Of a stretch of 64,000 bases of DNA, positions 63,139 to 64,000 are shown piece after piece. Source of the stretch: Spirulina sp. (GTDB lineage: Bacteria > Cyanobacteriota > Cyanobacteriia > Phormidesmidales > Phormidesmidaceae); the NCBI GenBank assembly GCA_044070495.1, contig JBIPSI010000025.1:17563-81562 (forward strand), given 5' to 3'. A model generated the notes under the pieces. That model saw nothing but the letters and a program-made list of their open reading frames with translations. It searched no databases and was not told the origin of the DNA. A program made the translations under genes and the position numbers. Each line of letters begins with the position of its first letter. Positions within the stretch are counted from its first letter, which is position 1.

Positions 63139-63837
63139 TTGTTGTCGCCCACTATTTATCCCGCAATGGAAAACAAAATAATCGAGAATAACGGCTGCGC
63201 TTCTGTAGAAGCATTGGTGAAGTTAGGGGAACTCAATCTCGGCTATATTCCCTGGACGGCATCAGCGATGACACCACAGTCTATCGTCTATATTCTCAAT
63301 GAGATCATCATCAATCAGCGTCGCCGAATCCTAGAGCTTGGTATGGGTCTCTCCACCCTATTCATTGCTAAGCTGATGCAGGAGATCCCGGATATTCAGT
63401 TAATTTCTGTCGATCATGACCAAGATTGGATTGAGATATGCCGCTTGCAACTAAAGTCTAAATCTTTAAATACAGATAGACACACCATTATTCATGCTCC
63501 CTTAAAGAAGCGAAAAAATGCCCATACCGAGATAGCTGAGTACTACGACATTAATGCCCTGAGCGCCGACCAAACTTTTCAGCCTAATCTTGTCATTATT
63601 GATGGCCCTCCAGCTTGGCGAGAGGATATCTCGGAGGCGAGAGTTCCGGCCTACGAAATTCTTCTACCCATCATCCAAGACAATACGACAGTCTTTGTGG
63701 ATGATTATCAGAGAACAGGCGAATCGAAGCTTTTGGATCTTTTTCTTGCGGATCCTAGCTGGACATTGTCCCTCAAAGACCCTGAGACCAATGTTGCTAT
63801 TCTCAGAAACGGATCAGCCCATTACAATATTTTTTAG
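63139..63837 (+). CDS. Class I SAM-dependent methyltransferase (start probably ATG 63166)
   Basis: 'ILELGMGLST', 'ISVDHD', 'VIIDGPP', 'FVDDY..GE'; visibly lower GC than its neighbours. Confidence 0.8.
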   Translation: MLSPTIYPAMENKIIENNGCASVEALVKLGELNLGYIPWTASAMTPQSIVYILNEIIINQRRRILELGMGLSTLFIAKLMQEIPDIQLISVDHDQDWIEICRLQLKSKSLNTDRHTIIHAPLKKRKNAHTEIAEYYDINALSADQTFQPNLVIIDGPPAWREDISEARVPAYEILLPIIQDNTTVFVDDYQRTGESKLLDLFLADPSWTLSLKDPETNVAILRNGSAHYNIF

Positions 63838-63957
63838 GTTCCAAAGATATCTTCAATTCATGGTAATTAGTCACAGCGATAAGTGAGGCTTAATGAGAAA
63901 GCCTCCAGAGCCGTAGGATTATCTAGGCAGAAGGGGAGGGGGCGAGCACCCTGAAGA

Positions 63958-63994
63958 GTCGATGAGCCCAAAGAGCTCATCGACGGCATTTTTA
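63958..63994 (+). terminator. Strong hairpin, possible terminator
   Basis: gtcgatgagc-N7-gctcatcgac followed by ggcattttt. Confidence 0.5.
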
Positions 63995-64000
63995 CCCTGA

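Overview
Ordinary, gene-dense chromosomal window from a fairly GC-rich cyanobacterium that is probably filamentous and non-heterocystous (Leptolyngbya/Nodosilinea-like; inferred from hetR plus hmpA-F with no other heterocyst genes in view). It holds about 45 protein genes and one tRNA-Ala(GGC). Recognisable loci: the Hmp/Pil-Chp type IV pilus chemosensory cluster (hmpA-E with divergent hmpF), spkA, anmK, ktrA/trkA, guaB3-trxA-LOG, ligA-pgeF, amiC, hetR, aspC, a sulfate ABC transporter (sbpA-cysT-cysW-NIL and divergent cysA), raf1, a large DUF4347/FG-GAP surface protein, thrC-like plus MoaD/ThiS, ntcA with an upstream NtcA box, and tmk-holB-gloB. I saw no transposase, prophage or CRISPR array, but there are many short cyanobacterial dispersed repeats and short tandem duplications. 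The most interesting item is a 109-aa signal-peptide protein just upstream of hetR with THREE RGSGR pentapeptides (PatX-like), in a co-directional string patX-hetR-amiC-TPR. Also notable: HIP1 (GCGATCGC) appears to be absent while CCTAGG is abundant, LigA has a ~80-aa non-intein insertion, and the giant surface protein has a thrombospondin-C-like domain. All calls come from reading the sequence and recalling family motifs; no database searches were run.
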